From the NCBI RefSeq assembly GCF_030013205.1, contig NZ_CP122648.1: a stretch of 64,000 bases of DNA; one strand, given 5' to 3'. Positions 44,158-56,670 of this stretch are shown here, in pieces. Below the pieces are notes generated by a model. It had not been told where the DNA came from and did not search any database. It saw only the letters and a list, made by a program, of their open reading frames with translations. Source of the stretch: Escherichia coli. Its GTDB lineage: Bacteria > Pseudomonadota > Gammaproteobacteria > Enterobacterales > Enterobacteriaceae. How positions within the stretch are numbered: position 1 is the first letter of the stretch; every line of letters begins with the position of its first letter. The position numbers and the translations under genes were made by a program.

Positions 44158-45036
44158 TTACGCTTGCAGCTCCAGCCCGGCCAGCCGACGCCAGTAGCCG
44201 TTACAATCGCTGTTTGCCGTCAACGGCAGTGGCGCAGCGCCATTTTCATTGGCGCGGAAGGCGTCGAGTATCGCGAAAGTGTCAGTACCCTGCGGTGACA
44301 GGCGGACCACATCAACCAGCCCCTGCATGGATGCCAGCTCGTTACCGAGGTTGTAAACGTAGCCGCTCATGGTCTGAATGCCGTTGAGTACAAACACTTG
44401 TTGGTTTTCCTGCGACAGAACGTTGCGCCCGTTCGGATACTTAATGCAGCAGGTTTCGCACTCATCTTTCGGGCGGTCTTCCGAACGCGCGGTAAAGCAG
44501 CGGGCGGAGTAGGCCAGCGGCAGATGACCGTAGCTCAAGACTTCCACTTCAAACTGGTTGCGAATGCCCAGCTCATCGCACTGATTAAGCAGATTCACCA
44601 GCCAGTCGCGGGATAGCTCCACCGGCATACACCAGCGCATCATGCCCTGTTTGAGCAATATTTTCAGTGTCACCGCGTTGTAGCAGTTCAGCGCGTGCCC
44701 GGCGACGAACGGCAGTTTGCGTTCAGCGCACATATTCACCACGCCGAGATCGCTGGCTTCAATCAGAAACTCACCGTTCTCAACATAGCGTTTCAGTTCG
44801 CCCAGTTCGGAGGATGCCTGCACCAGCGCCAGCGTGGAGAGCACAATCTGCTTACCACTTCCGGCGAGTGATTTTGCCATCTCCAGCCAGTCGCCAACTT
44901 TGGTTGCCCGGCGCTTGCTGCATACCGCTTCACCAAGATAAATCACGTCGGCGCTGCTGGCGGCGGCCTGCTGATAAAATTCTTCCAGCGTCTCTTTTGG
45001 CCAGTACCACAGCACTGGCCCTAAGGAATATTTCAT
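44158..45036 (-). CDS. ubiV: O2-independent ubiquinone biosynthesis protein (U32 peptidase family)
   Basis: ORF 44158..45054 trimmed to MKYSLGPVLWYW (292 aa). Confidence 0.85.
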   Translation of the reverse strand: MKYSLGPVLWYWPKETLEEFYQQAAASSADVIYLGEAVCSKRRATKVGDWLEMAKSLAGSGKQIVLSTLALVQASSELGELKRYVENGEFLIEASDLGVVNMCAERKLPFVAGHALNCYNAVTLKILLKQGMMRWCMPVELSRDWLVNLLNQCDELGIRNQFEVEVLSYGHLPLAYSARCFTARSEDRPKDECETCCIKYPNGRNVLSQENQQVFVLNGIQTMSGYVYNLGNELASMQGLVDVVRLSPQGTDTFAILDAFRANENGAAPLPLTANSDCNGYWRRLAGLELQA

Positions 45037-45044
45037 TGCTTTTC

Positions 45045-46040
45045 TCACTGCCATTTACGGTGATACGCGCCAAGGGTGGTCTGCGTGCCTTCGGACATCG
45101 ACCCGAGCGTCTCCATCCACGCGCTTTGCGGTATGAAGTTTTGCGGATCGGCCTTACAACGGTCGATAGCCTGACGCCAGACTTTCGCCACCTGGCTGAC
45201 ATACGCCGGGCTACGCTGGCGGCCTTCAATTTTCACCGAAGCAATATTCGCTGCCATTAACTCCGGCAGCAGTTCCAGGGTATTGAGACTGGTGGGTTCT
45301 TCCAGCGCGTGATAGCGCTCGCCGTCCACCAGATAACGCCCTTTACACAGCGTCGGATAACCTGCGTTTTCGCCATCCTGATAACGGTCGATCAGCACTT
45401 CGTTCAGGCGGGATTCCAGCCCCTGCGGCGTTTGTTGCCAGCGCACGAAACGGGCCGGAGAACACGCACCCACAGTGTTGGGCGACTCACCCGTCAGATA
45501 CGACGACAGATAGCAACGCCCTTCCGACATAATGCACAGGCTGCCGAAAGCAAACACTTCCAGCGGGACAGGTGTGACCCGAGCCAGTTGTTTCACCTGA
45601 TGAATCGACAACACGCGCGGCAGCACCACGCGTGCAACGTCAAAATGGCGATGATAAAAGTTAATCGCCTCTTCATTGGTCGCCGAAGCCTGCACCGATA
45701 CGTGACGTTCAATATGCGGGTAACGCTCGGCGGCGTACTCCAGCATGGCGAGGTCGGCGAGGATCAGCGCGTCGGCACCCAGCTGCGCCGCCATATCCAC
45801 GGCGCGCTGCCAACGGGCGTAACCGTCCGGATGCGCAAAAGTGTTAATCGCGATGTGAAGTTTGCGGCGATGTTGATGGACAAAACTCACCGCTTCCTGC
45901 AATTTTTTCTCGGTAAAGTTAAGGCCGGCGAAGTGACGGGCATTAGTATCATCTTTTAGCCCGATATAAACAGCATCTGCGCCGTTTTCGATGGCCGCCT
46001 TAAGCGCCGGGAGATTTCCGGCAGGGCAGAGCAGCTCCAT
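45045..46040 (-). CDS. ubiU: O2-independent ubiquinone biosynthesis protein (U32 peptidase family)
   Basis: ORF 45045..46067 trimmed to MELLCPAGNL (331 aa). Confidence 0.85.
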   Translation of the reverse strand: MELLCPAGNLPALKAAIENGADAVYIGLKDDTNARHFAGLNFTEKKLQEAVSFVHQHRRKLHIAINTFAHPDGYARWQRAVDMAAQLGADALILADLAMLEYAAERYPHIERHVSVQASATNEEAINFYHRHFDVARVVLPRVLSIHQVKQLARVTPVPLEVFAFGSLCIMSEGRCYLSSYLTGESPNTVGACSPARFVRWQQTPQGLESRLNEVLIDRYQDGENAGYPTLCKGRYLVDGERYHALEEPTSLNTLELLPELMAANIASVKIEGRQRSPAYVSQVAKVWRQAIDRCKADPQNFIPQSAWMETLGSMSEGTQTTLGAYHRKWQ

Positions 46041-46065
46041 AATTTTTCCTGAAGGTTGCGCTATC

Positions 46066-46084
46066 AAAGCGCAAAAATGTTAAC
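46066..46084. promoter_or_regulatory. Perfect 7-5-7 palindrome upstream of ubiU
   Basis: TTGCGCT-ATCAA-AGCGCAA, 26 bp upstream of the ubiU start in the ubiT/ubiU divergent region. Confidence 0.4.
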
Positions 46085-46248
46085 GAACTGGGATTTTAGT
46101 TAACCTTGCTGCGACAATTTTTGATTTAAGGCAGTTAAAGTTGTATTGGTGGTAGCAGCAATTTCATATGGAATTGTTGATTTATACCGCTATGTTATTT
46201 TTCTGATATGGCAAAATAGGATGATTGTTGAAACAGGGAGTAAAACTC

Positions 46249-46773
46249 GTGTTGGATAAACTGCGTTCCCGTATTGTGCATTTGGGGCCATCTCTGTTGA
46301 GTGTACCGGTAAAACTGACGCCATTTGCGCTAAAACGCCAGGTTCTTGAGCAGGTCCTAAGCTGGCAATTCCGTCAGGCGCTGAATGATGGCGAGCTGGA
46401 GTTTCTTGAAGGCCGCTGGTTAAGTATTCATGTGCGTGATATTGACCTGCAATGGTTTACCTCGGTGGTGAATGGCAAACTGGTCGTTAGCCAGAACGCG
46501 CAAGCTGATGTGAGTTTTAGTGCCGACGCCAGCGATCTGCTGATGATTGCGGCGCGTAAACAAGATCCGGATACGCTCTTCTTCCAGCGTCGGCTGGTAA
46601 TTGAAGGCGATACGGAGCTGGGGCTGTATGTGAAAAACCTGATGGACGCCATTGAACTGGAGCAAATGCCGAAAGCCTTACGCATGATGCTGCTGCAACT
46701 GGCGGATTTTGTTGAGGCGGGAATGAAAACCGCGCCTGAAACCAAACAGACATCGGTAGGTGAACCATGCTAA
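46249..46773 (+). CDS. ubiT: SCP2-domain ubiquinone biosynthesis accessory protein
   Basis: 174 aa from the GTG at 46249 (MLDKLRSRIV); ORF track begins at an upstream ATG (46225). Confidence 0.8.
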   Translation: MLDKLRSRIVHLGPSLLSVPVKLTPFALKRQVLEQVLSWQFRQALNDGELEFLEGRWLSIHVRDIDLQWFTSVVNGKLVVSQNAQADVSFSADASDLLMIAARKQDPDTLFFQRRLVIEGDTELGLYVKNLMDAIELEQMPKALRMMLLQLADFVEAGMKTAPETKQTSVGEPC

Positions 46774-47270
46774 TTCGAGTAGAAATTCCCATTGATGCGC
46801 CGGGTATTGATGCCCTGCTGCGTCGTTCATTCGAAAGTGATGCGGAAGCGAAGCTGGTTCACGATCTGCGTGAAGATGGCTTTCTGACGTTGGGGCTGGT
46901 GGCGACAGATGACGAAGGTCAGGTCATTGGCTATGTGGCATTTAGTCCGGTTGATGTGCAGGGCGAAGACCTGCAATGGGTCGGCATGGCACCGTTGGCG
47001 GTTGATGAAAAATACCGTGGACAGGGGCTGGCACGCCAACTGGTCTATGAAGGACTCGATTCGCTTAATGAGTTCGGCTATGCCGCAGTGGTGACGCTGG
47101 GCGATCCGGCGCTGTACAGTCGTTTCGGCTTTGAGCTGGCGGCGCATCACGATCTGCGTTGCCGCTGGCCGGGCACCGAAAGCGCCTTCCAGGTACATCG
47201 TTTAGCGGATGACGCGCTGAACGGCGTAACCGGTCTGGTTGAGTATCACGAGCATTTCAATCGCTTTTAA
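46767..47270 (+). CDS. yhbS: GNAT-family N-acetyltransferase
   Basis: 167 aa ORF overlapping the ubiT stop. Confidence 0.85.
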
Positions 47271-47559
47271 TCTCCGGGGTTTGCAGGCTGCTCAACAGCT
47301 CTGCAAACCCTGCGCCTTCCGCTACCAGACGCTCTTTTTGCCGTTTGGTCAGTTGCTTAACGCGATATTCCGCCCGTAGTGCCAGCGAACGATCGCCCAC
47401 TGGCGCGGAAAACGCCAGCGTTAGTTCTCCTTTCCCGCGCAGTGCTTTCGCCCCTTTGCCGCTTTGGTGCTGCTGATAGCGGCGTTCGACATCTGTGGTG
47501 ATCCCGGTATAAAGCTTATTGTCGGCGGTACGGATCAAGTAAAGAAACCAGGGTGTCAT
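47257..47559 (-). CDS. yhbQ: GIY-YIG domain nuclease
   Basis: 100 aa; N-terminal [23 protein letters not shown] motif. Confidence 0.85.
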
Positions 47560-47609
47560 CGTCTGCGTCGCATGTTAAGGTCAGGCCCACAGTATAAAAG
47601 AGAACAGCA

Positions 47610-48032
47610 ATGGAAACACTCACCGCCATCAGCCGTTGGCTGGCAAAACAACATGTTGTCACCTGGTGTGTGCAGCAGGAAGGGGAACTCTGGTGCGCTA
47701 ATGCCTTTTATCTTTTTGATGCGCAGAAAGTCGCCTTCTACATTTTGACGGAAGAAAAAACGCGCCACGCGCAGATGAGTGGGCCGCAGGCGGCAGTTGC
47801 CGGAACGGTAAACGGTCAGCCGAAAACGGTAGCGTTAATTCGCGGCGTGCAATTTAAAGGCGAGATCCGCAGGCTTGAAGGTGAGGAAAGCGACCTCGCA
47901 CGTCACGCGTACAATCGTCGCTTTCCGGTTGCCAGAATGCTGTCGGCCCCGGTGTGGGAAATCCGGCTTGATGAAATCAAATTCACCGACAACACGCTGG
48001 GCTTTGGTAAAAAAATGATCTGGCTACGTAAC

Positions 48033-48053
<21 letters not shown>
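47610..48053 (+). CDS. yhbP: UPF0306 family protein
   Basis: 147 aa ORF, conserved position. Confidence 0.8.
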
Positions 48054-48563
<510 letters not shown>

Positions 48564-48564
48564 A

Positions 48565-49314
<750 letters not shown>

Positions 49315-49386
49315 TTATTCCCAAGAATTGATAGTGAGCGTAATATTCACGCGCTCAATTATCATAACTTATTCCTGGGGAATGCT

Positions 49387-50427
49387 ATGACTGGTCAGTC
49401 TTCATCTCAGGCGGCAACGCCCATTCAGTGGTGGAAACCCGCGCTTTTCTTTCTCGTTGTCATTGCTGGTCTCTGGTATGTGAAATGGCAACCTTACTAC
49501 GGCAAAGCGTTTACTGCTGCCGAAACCCACAGTATCGGTAAATCTATCCTTGCGCAGGCGGATGCTAATCCGTGGCAGGCGGCGTTGGATTACGCGATGA
49601 TCTATTTCCTCGCGGTATGGAAAGCGGCGGTGCTGGGGGTGATCCTCGGTTCGTTGATTCAGGTGCTGATCCCGCGTGACTGGTTGCTGCGTACGCTTGG
49701 GCAATCGCGCTTTCGCGGCACGCTGCTGGGAACGCTGTTTTCGCTGCCGGGTATGATGTGTACCTGCTGTGCGGCTCCGGTCGCGGCGGGAATGCGTCGC
49801 CAACAGGTATCGATGGGCGGGGCGCTGGCATTCTGGATGGGGAATCCGTTGTTAAACCCGGCGACGCTGGTGTTTATGGGGTTTGTCCTCGGCTGGGGCT
49901 TTGCCGCGATTCGTCTGGTGGCGGGGTTGGTGATGGTATTGCTGATTGCGACGCTGGTGCAAAATTGGGTGCGTGAAACACCGCAAACGCAGGCACCGGT
50001 CGAAATTGACATACCGGAAGCGCAGGGCGGATTTTTTAGCCGCTGGGGCAGGGCGCTATGGACGCTTTTCTGGAGTACGATCCCGGTTTACATCCTTGCA
50101 GTACTGGTGTTGGGTGCCGCTCGCGTCTGGTTATTCCCCCATGCCGATGGTGCTGTCGATAGCAGCCTGATGTGGGTGGTGGCGATGGCGGTGGCAGGAT
50201 GCTTGTTTGTCATTCCCACGGCAGCAGAAATTCCGATTGTGCAAACGATGATGCTGGCAGGCATGGGAACCGCTCCGGCGCTGGCATTGTTGATGACGCT
50301 CCCGGCGGTGAGTTTGCCGTCACTGATTATGCTGCGCAAAGCGTTCCCGGCGAAAGCCTTATGGCTGACAGGGGCGATGGTGGCAGTGTCTGGTGTGATT
50401 GTCGGCGGGCTGGCGCTGTTGGCCTAA
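49387..50427 (+). CDS. yraQ: Predicted permease (DUF318 family)
   Basis: 346 aa hydrophobic ORF. Confidence 0.85.
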   Translation: MTGQSSSQAATPIQWWKPALFFLVVIAGLWYVKWQPYYGKAFTAAETHSIGKSILAQADANPWQAALDYAMIYFLAVWKAAVLGVILGSLIQVLIPRDWLLRTLGQSRFRGTLLGTLFSLPGMMCTCCAAPVAAGMRRQQVSMGGALAFWMGNPLLNPATLVFMGFVLGWGFAAIRLVAGLVMVLLIATLVQNWVRETPQTQAPVEIDIPEAQGGFFSRWGRALWTLFWSTIPVYILAVLVLGAARVWLFPHADGAVDSSLMWVVAMAVAGCLFVIPTAAEIPIVQTMMLAGMGTAPALALLMTLPAVSLPSLIMLRKAFPAKALWLTGAMVAVSGVIVGGLALLA

Positions 50428-50469
50428 GATGTTGGATGCTCCTGAATACAGCACTGGACGGTCCCCTCT

Positions 50470-50512
50470 CCCCTTTGGGGAGAGGGTTAGGGTGAGGGGA
50501 ACAGGTCGGCTA
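50470..50512. repeat. GC-rich repeated extragenic element (boxC-like)
   Basis: CCCCTCTCCCCTTTGGGGAGAGGGTTAGGGTGAGGGGAA; hairpin-forming intergenic motif I recall as multicopy in E. coli. Confidence 0.5.
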
Positions 50513-50548
50513 AGGTGTGAATATTTACTTCAACGACCGATCAATGGC

Positions 50549-51124
50549 TTATTTAATAAACGTAAACGCTGTGGTTACCCGCTTCACGCCGCTTACCCGG
50601 CTGGCAATATCTGCCGCCGCTTTCGCTTCACGTTCAGTCACCAGCCCCATCAGGAACACTTCACCGTTTTCGGTGGTCACTTTCACGTTGGACGATTTCA
50701 CCAGGTCGCTGGTTAAGAGCTGCGAACGCACTTTGGTGGTGATCCACGTATCGTTAGACGCTTCGCCCAGACCAATCGGCTGGCCCTGACGAATCTCGTT
50801 ATACACTTCGTTGGCACCGTCTACGCCCATAGCAATCTGTTTGGCGCGAGCCGAAAGTTCAGCGTTTGGTGACTGCCCAACCAGCAGCACTTTGCCCTGA
50901 TAGGCCGTTACATTAATGCGCGCTTCTTTCTTAATCTGTTCGTCTTTCGACAATGCGCTGTTTACGCGCACTTCCAGGGTACCATCGTCCACCTGGGTGC
51001 CGACACTGCGTGGGTCAGTTGCGGCTTTGGTACCCACAGCAGCGGTACCCACTACGGCAGCGGCAACACAACCTTGCAACAGCAGCGCGGAAAGAAGGAC
51101 TGCGATTGGCGATAATGCCTTCAT
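50549..51124 (-). CDS. dolP: Outer membrane BON-domain lipoprotein
   Basis: 191 aa; lipobox LLQGC. Confidence 0.9.
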   Translation of the reverse strand: MKALSPIAVLLSALLLQGCVAAAVVGTAAVGTKAATDPRSVGTQVDDGTLEVRVNSALSKDEQIKKEARINVTAYQGKVLLVGQSPNAELSARAKQIAMGVDGANEVYNEIRQGQPIGLGEASNDTWITTKVRSQLLTSDLVKSSNVKVTTENGEVFLMGLVTEREAKAAADIASRVSGVKRVTTAFTFIK

Positions 51125-51133
51125 GTAATCTCC

Positions 51134-51724
51134 TTAAACATCCTGGTGAGGGAAAAGCGTGTTATCGATCAGATCGCACAGGCAATTTACCGTCAGCATA
51201 TGCATTTCCTGAATGCGAGCACTACGATGCGAAGGAATGCGGATCTCCACATCCTGTGGCCCTAACAAACCTGCAAGTTCACCGCCGTCATAGCCGGTTA
51301 ATGCCACAATGGTCATATCACGCGTAACGGCAGCTTCTACCGCTTTTACAATATCGCGGCTGTTGCCACGGGTGGAAATGGCTAACAATACATCTCCCGC
51401 ATGACCCAGCGCCCGCACCTGTTTTGCATACACTTCATCATGTAAGCGATCGTTGGCAATCGCCGTTAAGACAACATTATCAGTATTTAGTGCAATGGCA
51501 GGTAAGCTGGGCCGCTCCGTTTCGAAACGGTTAATCATACTGGCAGCAAAATGCTGTGCATTGGCAGCGGAAGTTCCATTACCACAACAGAGGATTTTGT
51601 TGCCATTGAGCAGAGACTGAACCAGCGTCATGGCTGCACGGGAGATGGCATCCGGAAGCGCCTCTGCCGCCGCAATTTGAGTTTGAATGCTTTCAGTGAA
51701 GCAAGCTTTAATTCTTTCTTGCAC
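51134..51724 (-). CDS. diaA: DnaA initiator-associating protein (SIS domain)
   Basis: 196 aa ORF recognised as DiaA. Confidence 0.9.
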
Positions 51725-51743
51725 GCTAATCCTTAAACCTTAA

Positions 51744-52139
51744 TTATGAGTGGTCATTAAAGGCATCCTTAATCCACTCAACCTCATTCCCGGTGAAGGC
51801 TACCACATCGAACCGGCAATCCACAGTATCAAAACTCCCATTATGACGCGCGAGCCACAAGCGGGCAGTCTGTAATAATTTGTGTTGTTTGCTGCGGGTC
51901 ACACTGGCTGCCGCGCCGCCATAAAGCGCAGAGCGGCGGTAACGCACCTCGACAAAAACGGTGATCCGGCCTTCACGCATTATCAGATCGATCTCGCCGC
52001 CACGCTCGTTCACGTTAGCGGCGATAAACCGCAGTCCTTTGCCTTCCAGCCAGCGACGCGCTTGTGCTTCCCACGCATCGCCGGTCTGTTTGGTGGTTAA
52101 CTGGCGGGGACTACCTGACCTTGTTGGTACTGTAGCCAT
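51744..52139 (-). CDS. yraN: UPF0102 family protein
   Basis: 131 aa ORF, conserved position. Confidence 0.85.
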   Translation of the reverse strand: MATVPTRSGSPRQLTTKQTGDAWEAQARRWLEGKGLRFIAANVNERGGEIDLIMREGRITVFVEVRYRRSALYGGAAASVTRSKQHKLLQTARLWLARHNGSFDTVDCRFDVVAFTGNEVEWIKDAFNDHS

Positions 52140-54133
52140 GATAACTTCCTGTTAATCACGCAATCCGGGTTAGCCGTCAGGCTGCCGGTATTACCGTTGA
52201 TTTCAAAACCCTGAACCTGGCGCATTTGTGAGAAATGATTTGCCAACGACCAGGCATCGACGCCCATCGCATACATGCGAGCCAGCGAATAATCGTTGTT
52301 CACCGCACTGAGCGCCTGCTGCATTAACGGCAGATTACCGCCTGCCAGCATCGGGATTTCGCTGTACTGCAAGCCTTCCATCTCCAGTCGGAAATCCGGG
52401 CCAGCGGTCCCTTGCGCACTGCGGGAGCTGGCGTACAGCGTTGCACCGCTCTGGCTACCGTTACGCATGGCGATCATCGGTTTGATAAAAGCGATTTCAC
52501 CCGGCGTTGCCACAATGTACACCGCATCGACACGACCGCCATTATTGGTGAACTGGTCATCGGTTGGCGTGGTTTGCAGCGTTGGATTGTTGGTCGTCAT
52601 GCCGGAGTCGGTTGTCGCTCTGTGAGTAATCGGGCTACCCGTTAAAGCAATACCAGAACCGCCGTTAACACCCGCGCGTAATTCATTGGTGGAACCAAAT
52701 TTCTGCTGTAAAACCGTGCCGCCGCCCAGTTTCTGCCACTCCTGCGCAAACGCATTGGCTACGCGATCGCCCAATGAACTGCGTGGGATCAGCACCAGCG
52801 GCGCTTGTTTACCCTGGTCACGAATATGACGCGCTGCATCGCGCGCTTCGTCTTCTGGTGAAAGCGCGAAGTAACAAATATTGACGCGGTTTTCGATGTT
52901 CTCCGGCTGGTTCAGTGCCAGCACGTTCAGCGGGGTGTTGCTCTTCAGCAACTCTTCAACGTTATTTTTCAGCAACGGACCGACCACAATACTCGCGCCA
53001 TCCTGTTGAACCTGGCTTAAGATCTGGCTAAGTGGTTGTGATGATGTATCGTAGATTTTCAGCTCTGCGGATGGATTCGCAGGTGCGCTTACCGCTGCGG
53101 TGGTTGCCGCCGGGGCGCTTACAGGCACCGGCTGGGCCGCAGGTTGTTCACCGGTCAGATCGCTAACCGAGGCTTGTGCCGGGCTGGCAACGCCATCCAC
53201 GGTTTGCGGCTGAGGTTGTTCTGCTACGTCTGCGGCAGGTGCGGCAGCTACCTGAGCCGCCACTGGCTGAGTGCCGATATTTTTCGCCGCTTCAAAGCCT
53301 TGCTGAATAGTGCGACCAAATACCGCTGCCTGGCCATTCAGTGGCAAAAGCAGGGCGATTTTGTTGGTCGATGCGGGTTTAAACGCTTTTACGTTAACCA
53401 ACTGCGTTGGCAGCATTTTCGCGCCCGGGTTGTTCGGATAACGTTTCTGCCAGTCGGCGATCCCGGCTTTCATCATGTCGGGATCGTTACGGTTATCAAA
53501 CCAGATGCGCTGCAGATCCAACCAGCCTTGCAGAATATTTTCGTCGGCATTGATCACCAGCGTATTCGCCTGTTCCTGAGTCATGGAGGAGAGCGCCTGC
53601 CAGGTGGCGTCAATATTCTGCTGCTTTTCTTTCGCGCCGAGCAGCGGTTCCTGAGCAATTAACGCGCGCAGTAAATCAATGGAAGGACGCCCCTGGCTGG
53701 CATCGATTTTTGCCTGCCAGTAACGCGCTTGCTGGTTTTGTTCTAAATCTGCAGGTGTGATTTTCGCCAGCAAGTTTTGCGCGCCAGCAAAATCTTTCTG
53801 CGCCAGTTTAATCTCTGCCGCCAGCAGTGTTTTCTCGCGACGCTGAGAATCGTTCAGTTCTTGCGGTAGTTGGTTAAACAACTCCACCGCCTGTCCGGTT
53901 TTATCTTCTTTCACCAGTGCACGAATGGCGAGTAATTGCCAGTTGATCCTGGTATCATCAGAACTTTGCTGCATCTGTTGCAGGTAAAAGGCAGAATCAG
54001 CCTGCGCCGTGCCCTGCATATAAGCAGTGGACTGATCGGGAGTATGGGTGCCACAACCGGCGAAAATCAGGGCTGCCAGAACAACAGGCAGACAACGCGC
54101 GGCTTTCAAACGAGAAAATGTTGAGGGTACCAT
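52097..54133 (-). CDS. lpoA: Outer membrane lipoprotein activator of PBP1A
   Basis: ORF 52097..54163 trimmed to [10 protein letters not shown] (678 aa); lipobox FAGC. Confidence 0.9.
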   Translation of the reverse strand: MVPSTFSRLKAARCLPVVLAALIFAGCGTHTPDQSTAYMQGTAQADSAFYLQQMQQSSDDTRINWQLLAIRALVKEDKTGQAVELFNQLPQELNDSQRREKTLLAAEIKLAQKDFAGAQNLLAKITPADLEQNQQARYWQAKIDASQGRPSIDLLRALIAQEPLLGAKEKQQNIDATWQALSSMTQEQANTLVINADENILQGWLDLQRIWFDNRNDPDMMKAGIADWQKRYPNNPGAKMLPTQLVNVKAFKPASTNKIALLLPLNGQAAVFGRTIQQGFEAAKNIGTQPVAAQVAAAPAADVAEQPQPQTVDGVASPAQASVSDLTGEQPAAQPVPVSAPAATTAAVSAPANPSAELKIYDTSSQPLSQILSQVQQDGASIVVGPLLKNNVEELLKSNTPLNVLALNQPENIENRVNICYFALSPEDEARDAARHIRDQGKQAPLVLIPRSSLGDRVANAFAQEWQKLGGGTVLQQKFGSTNELRAGVNGGSGIALTGSPITHRATTDSGMTTNNPTLQTTPTDDQFTNNGGRVDAVYIVATPGEIAFIKPMIAMRNGSQSGATLYASSRSAQGTAGPDFRLEMEGLQYSEIPMLAGGNLPLMQQALSAVNNDYSLARMYAMGVDAWSLANHFSQMRQVQGFEINGNTGSLTANPDCVINRKLSWLQYQQGQVVPAS

Positions 54134-54197
54134 AATGTATCCAGTGATATTTTTTTTACGCAATGCTCAATATTAAATCGGCAATACGGACGACACA

Positions 54198-55061
54198 ATG
54201 AAACAACACCAATCGGCGGATAATTCTCAGGGCCAGCTTTACATTGTACCGACGCCAATCGGCAATCTGGCGGATATCACCCAGCGTGCGTTGGAGGTAT
54301 TACAGGCCGTTGATCTGATTGCCGCCGAGGATACGCGTCACACCGGTTTATTGCTGCAACATTTTGGGATTAATGCTCGGTTGTTTGCGCTGCACGACCA
54401 TAACGAACAACAAAAAGCCGAAACGCTGCTGGCGAAGCTGCAAGAGGGGCAAAACATTGCGCTGGTTTCCGATGCCGGAACGCCGCTAATTAACGATCCT
54501 GGCTACCATCTGGTGCGTACCTGCCGTGAAGCGGGGATTCGCGTGGTGCCGCTACCCGGGCCGTGTGCTGCTATCACTGCGTTAAGCGCCGCGGGTTTAC
54601 CATCCGATCGTTTTTGTTATGAAGGCTTTTTACCTGCCAAATCAAAAGGCCGCCGTGATGCGCTAAAAGCCATTGAAGCGGAGCCGCGCACGCTGATTTT
54701 TTATGAATCTACCCACCGTCTGTTAGATAGCCTGGAAGATATCGTTGCGGTATTAGGCGAATCCCGCTACGTCGTTCTGGCGCGTGAGCTGACCAAAACC
54801 TGGGAAACCATTCACGGCGCGCCCGTTGGCGAGCTGCTGGCGTGGGTCAAAGAAGATGAAAACCGTCGCAAAGGCGAAATGGTACTGATTGTCGAAGGCC
54901 ATAAAGCACAGGAAGAAGACTTACCCGCCGATGCCCTGCGCACGCTGGCGCTGCTACAGGCAGAACTGCCACTGAAAAAAGCGGCGGCGCTGGCAGCAGA
55001 AATTCACGGCGTGAAGAAAAATGCGCTGTATAAGTATGCACTGGAGCAGCAGGGAGAGTGA
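54198..55061 (+). CDS. rsmI: 16S rRNA C1402 2'-O-methyltransferase
   Basis: 287 aa ORF recognised as RsmI. Confidence 0.9.
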
Positions 55062-55110
55062 TTACAGGCGTCGCAGCAGGAATAGCGCTACAACGCCTTT
55101 ACCTGGCGAG

Positions 55111-55878
55111 TTAACGACGACACATTTCATCAATCACGCATGTGAAATGGTTATGCAGCCATAAAAACGAAGCTGGGATAGCGGTGGAGACTTTAGCCGT
55201 GAGAAAACGTTCTGTCGCATCCTGCTTTCCTTCGCCAGTCACCAGTAACAAAACTTCGCGGGCATTGAGAATATCCTTCAGGCCTAAGGTGATCCCACGA
55301 GTCACGGGACGGCCCGCGGTTTTTAACATCTCATGTTGCTGTGTTCTGGCATCAAGTTGACTGATATGGCAGGCCGGTTGCAGGTTTTCTCCCGGTTCGT
55401 TCAGCCCAAGATGACCGTTTTTCCCCAATCCGAGAACGCATAAATCCAGACCGCCTTTGCGCGCAATCAGGTTCGTTACCCGTTCGCACTCTGTCTCATT
55501 TATCTCTTCGGAGCGAAAGCTGATGAGTTGGTCTTCACGTAGCCCCAGCGGCTGCACGATATGCTGTTGCAGGAAAGTTTCGCAGGTGCCAGGCATCGTT
55601 AATGGCAGATCCACCCATTCGTCGAGCTTCACGAAGGTGAGCTGGCTGACATCAACCTGCTGCTGGTGGATTTTTTCTACCAGATAATGATACGTCAGTA
55701 ATGGCGTGGCTCCGGTCGCCAGGCAAATCACGGCATCCGGTTTGCTACGGATCACGGCCAATAAATATTCGCTGGCACGTTCACTTAACGCCGTATAGTT
55801 TTCAACTTGTTGAAGGGTTTGCACAGGATGAAATTCCTTAAGTAAAGAGGCACCGCCAGACGCGGTGCCTCGTTCCAT
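55111..55878 (-). CDS. agaI: Putative galactosamine-6-phosphate deaminase/isomerase
   Basis: 255 aa NagB-like ORF; exact start uncertain. Confidence 0.8.
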   Translation of the reverse strand: MERGTASGGASLLKEFHPVQTLQQVENYTALSERASEYLLAVIRSKPDAVICLATGATPLLTYHYLVEKIHQQQVDVSQLTFVKLDEWVDLPLTMPGTCETFLQQHIVQPLGLREDQLISFRSEEINETECERVTNLIARKGGLDLCVLGLGKNGHLGLNEPGENLQPACHISQLDARTQQHEMLKTAGRPVTRGITLGLKDILNAREVLLLVTGEGKQDATERFLTAKVSTAIPASFLWLHNHFTCVIDEMCRR

Positions 55879-56670
55879 TTACAAAATGCCGAATGCAGAA
55901 CAAACAATAGAAAGAACAAACGTCACGCCGATTAACAGCACCGGATGCGCTTTTTTCACCCGCAGGAAGTAATACATCAGCAGGGTGTAGGCCATCGGTA
56001 AAATATTCGGGAAGACTTTATCGAAGAAATCCTGCTGCAGCGCGACGCTGTGGGTACTGTCGATGGCAAACGATGTCACCACGTTAATATGCACATACGA
56101 AGCGATCAGCCCGCCGATTACCGTGATCCCGAGGATGGTTGCCGAACGAGCAATCATCTGCGAGTTCTCTCGCACTTTATCGATCGCCTTCACGCCGACT
56201 GAATAACCGACGTGGGTCCAGCCGACGCGCAGGAAGAAGATAAGCAGGTAAACGGCGAAAAATAGAATCGGCCCCAGCAAGTTTCCCTGGCTGGCAAATG
56301 ATGAGCAAATTCCCGCCATAATCGGCAATAAGGTAAACCAGAAAATCGCATCGCCAATCCCGGCGATTGGGCCAAACAGTGCCACTTTGAGGCCTTTAAT
56401 GGTGTCGCGGTTTTCTCCTTTTTCTTCCATCGAAATTAATAACCCTATCAGGAATCCGACCAGATTCGGGTGGGTATTAATAAATTCGAGGTTATCTTTC
56501 ATCGCCGCGCTTAGGCCCGGTTTGTCGTCCTTATAAATCTTTTTCAGGCTCGGCAACATCGCCCAGGTAAAACCGCCCGCCTGCATCCTTTCGTAGTTAA
56601 AGCTCGCTTGCAGCAGTGACGAACGAAAGCCCAGACGGGTGATATCTTTTTTACTGATTTCAGATCCCAT
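55879..56670 (-). CDS. agaD: PTS galactosamine-specific IID component
   Basis: ORF 55879..56817 trimmed to MGSEISKKDITRL (263 aa). Confidence 0.85.
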   Translation of the reverse strand: MGSEISKKDITRLGFRSSLLQASFNYERMQAGGFTWAMLPSLKKIYKDDKPGLSAAMKDNLEFINTHPNLVGFLIGLLISMEEKGENRDTIKGLKVALFGPIAGIGDAIFWFTLLPIMAGICSSFASQGNLLGPILFFAVYLLIFFLRVGWTHVGYSVGVKAIDKVRENSQMIARSATILGITVIGGLIASYVHINVVTSFAIDSTHSVALQQDFFDKVFPNILPMAYTLLMYYFLRVKKAHPVLLIGVTFVLSIVCSAFGIL

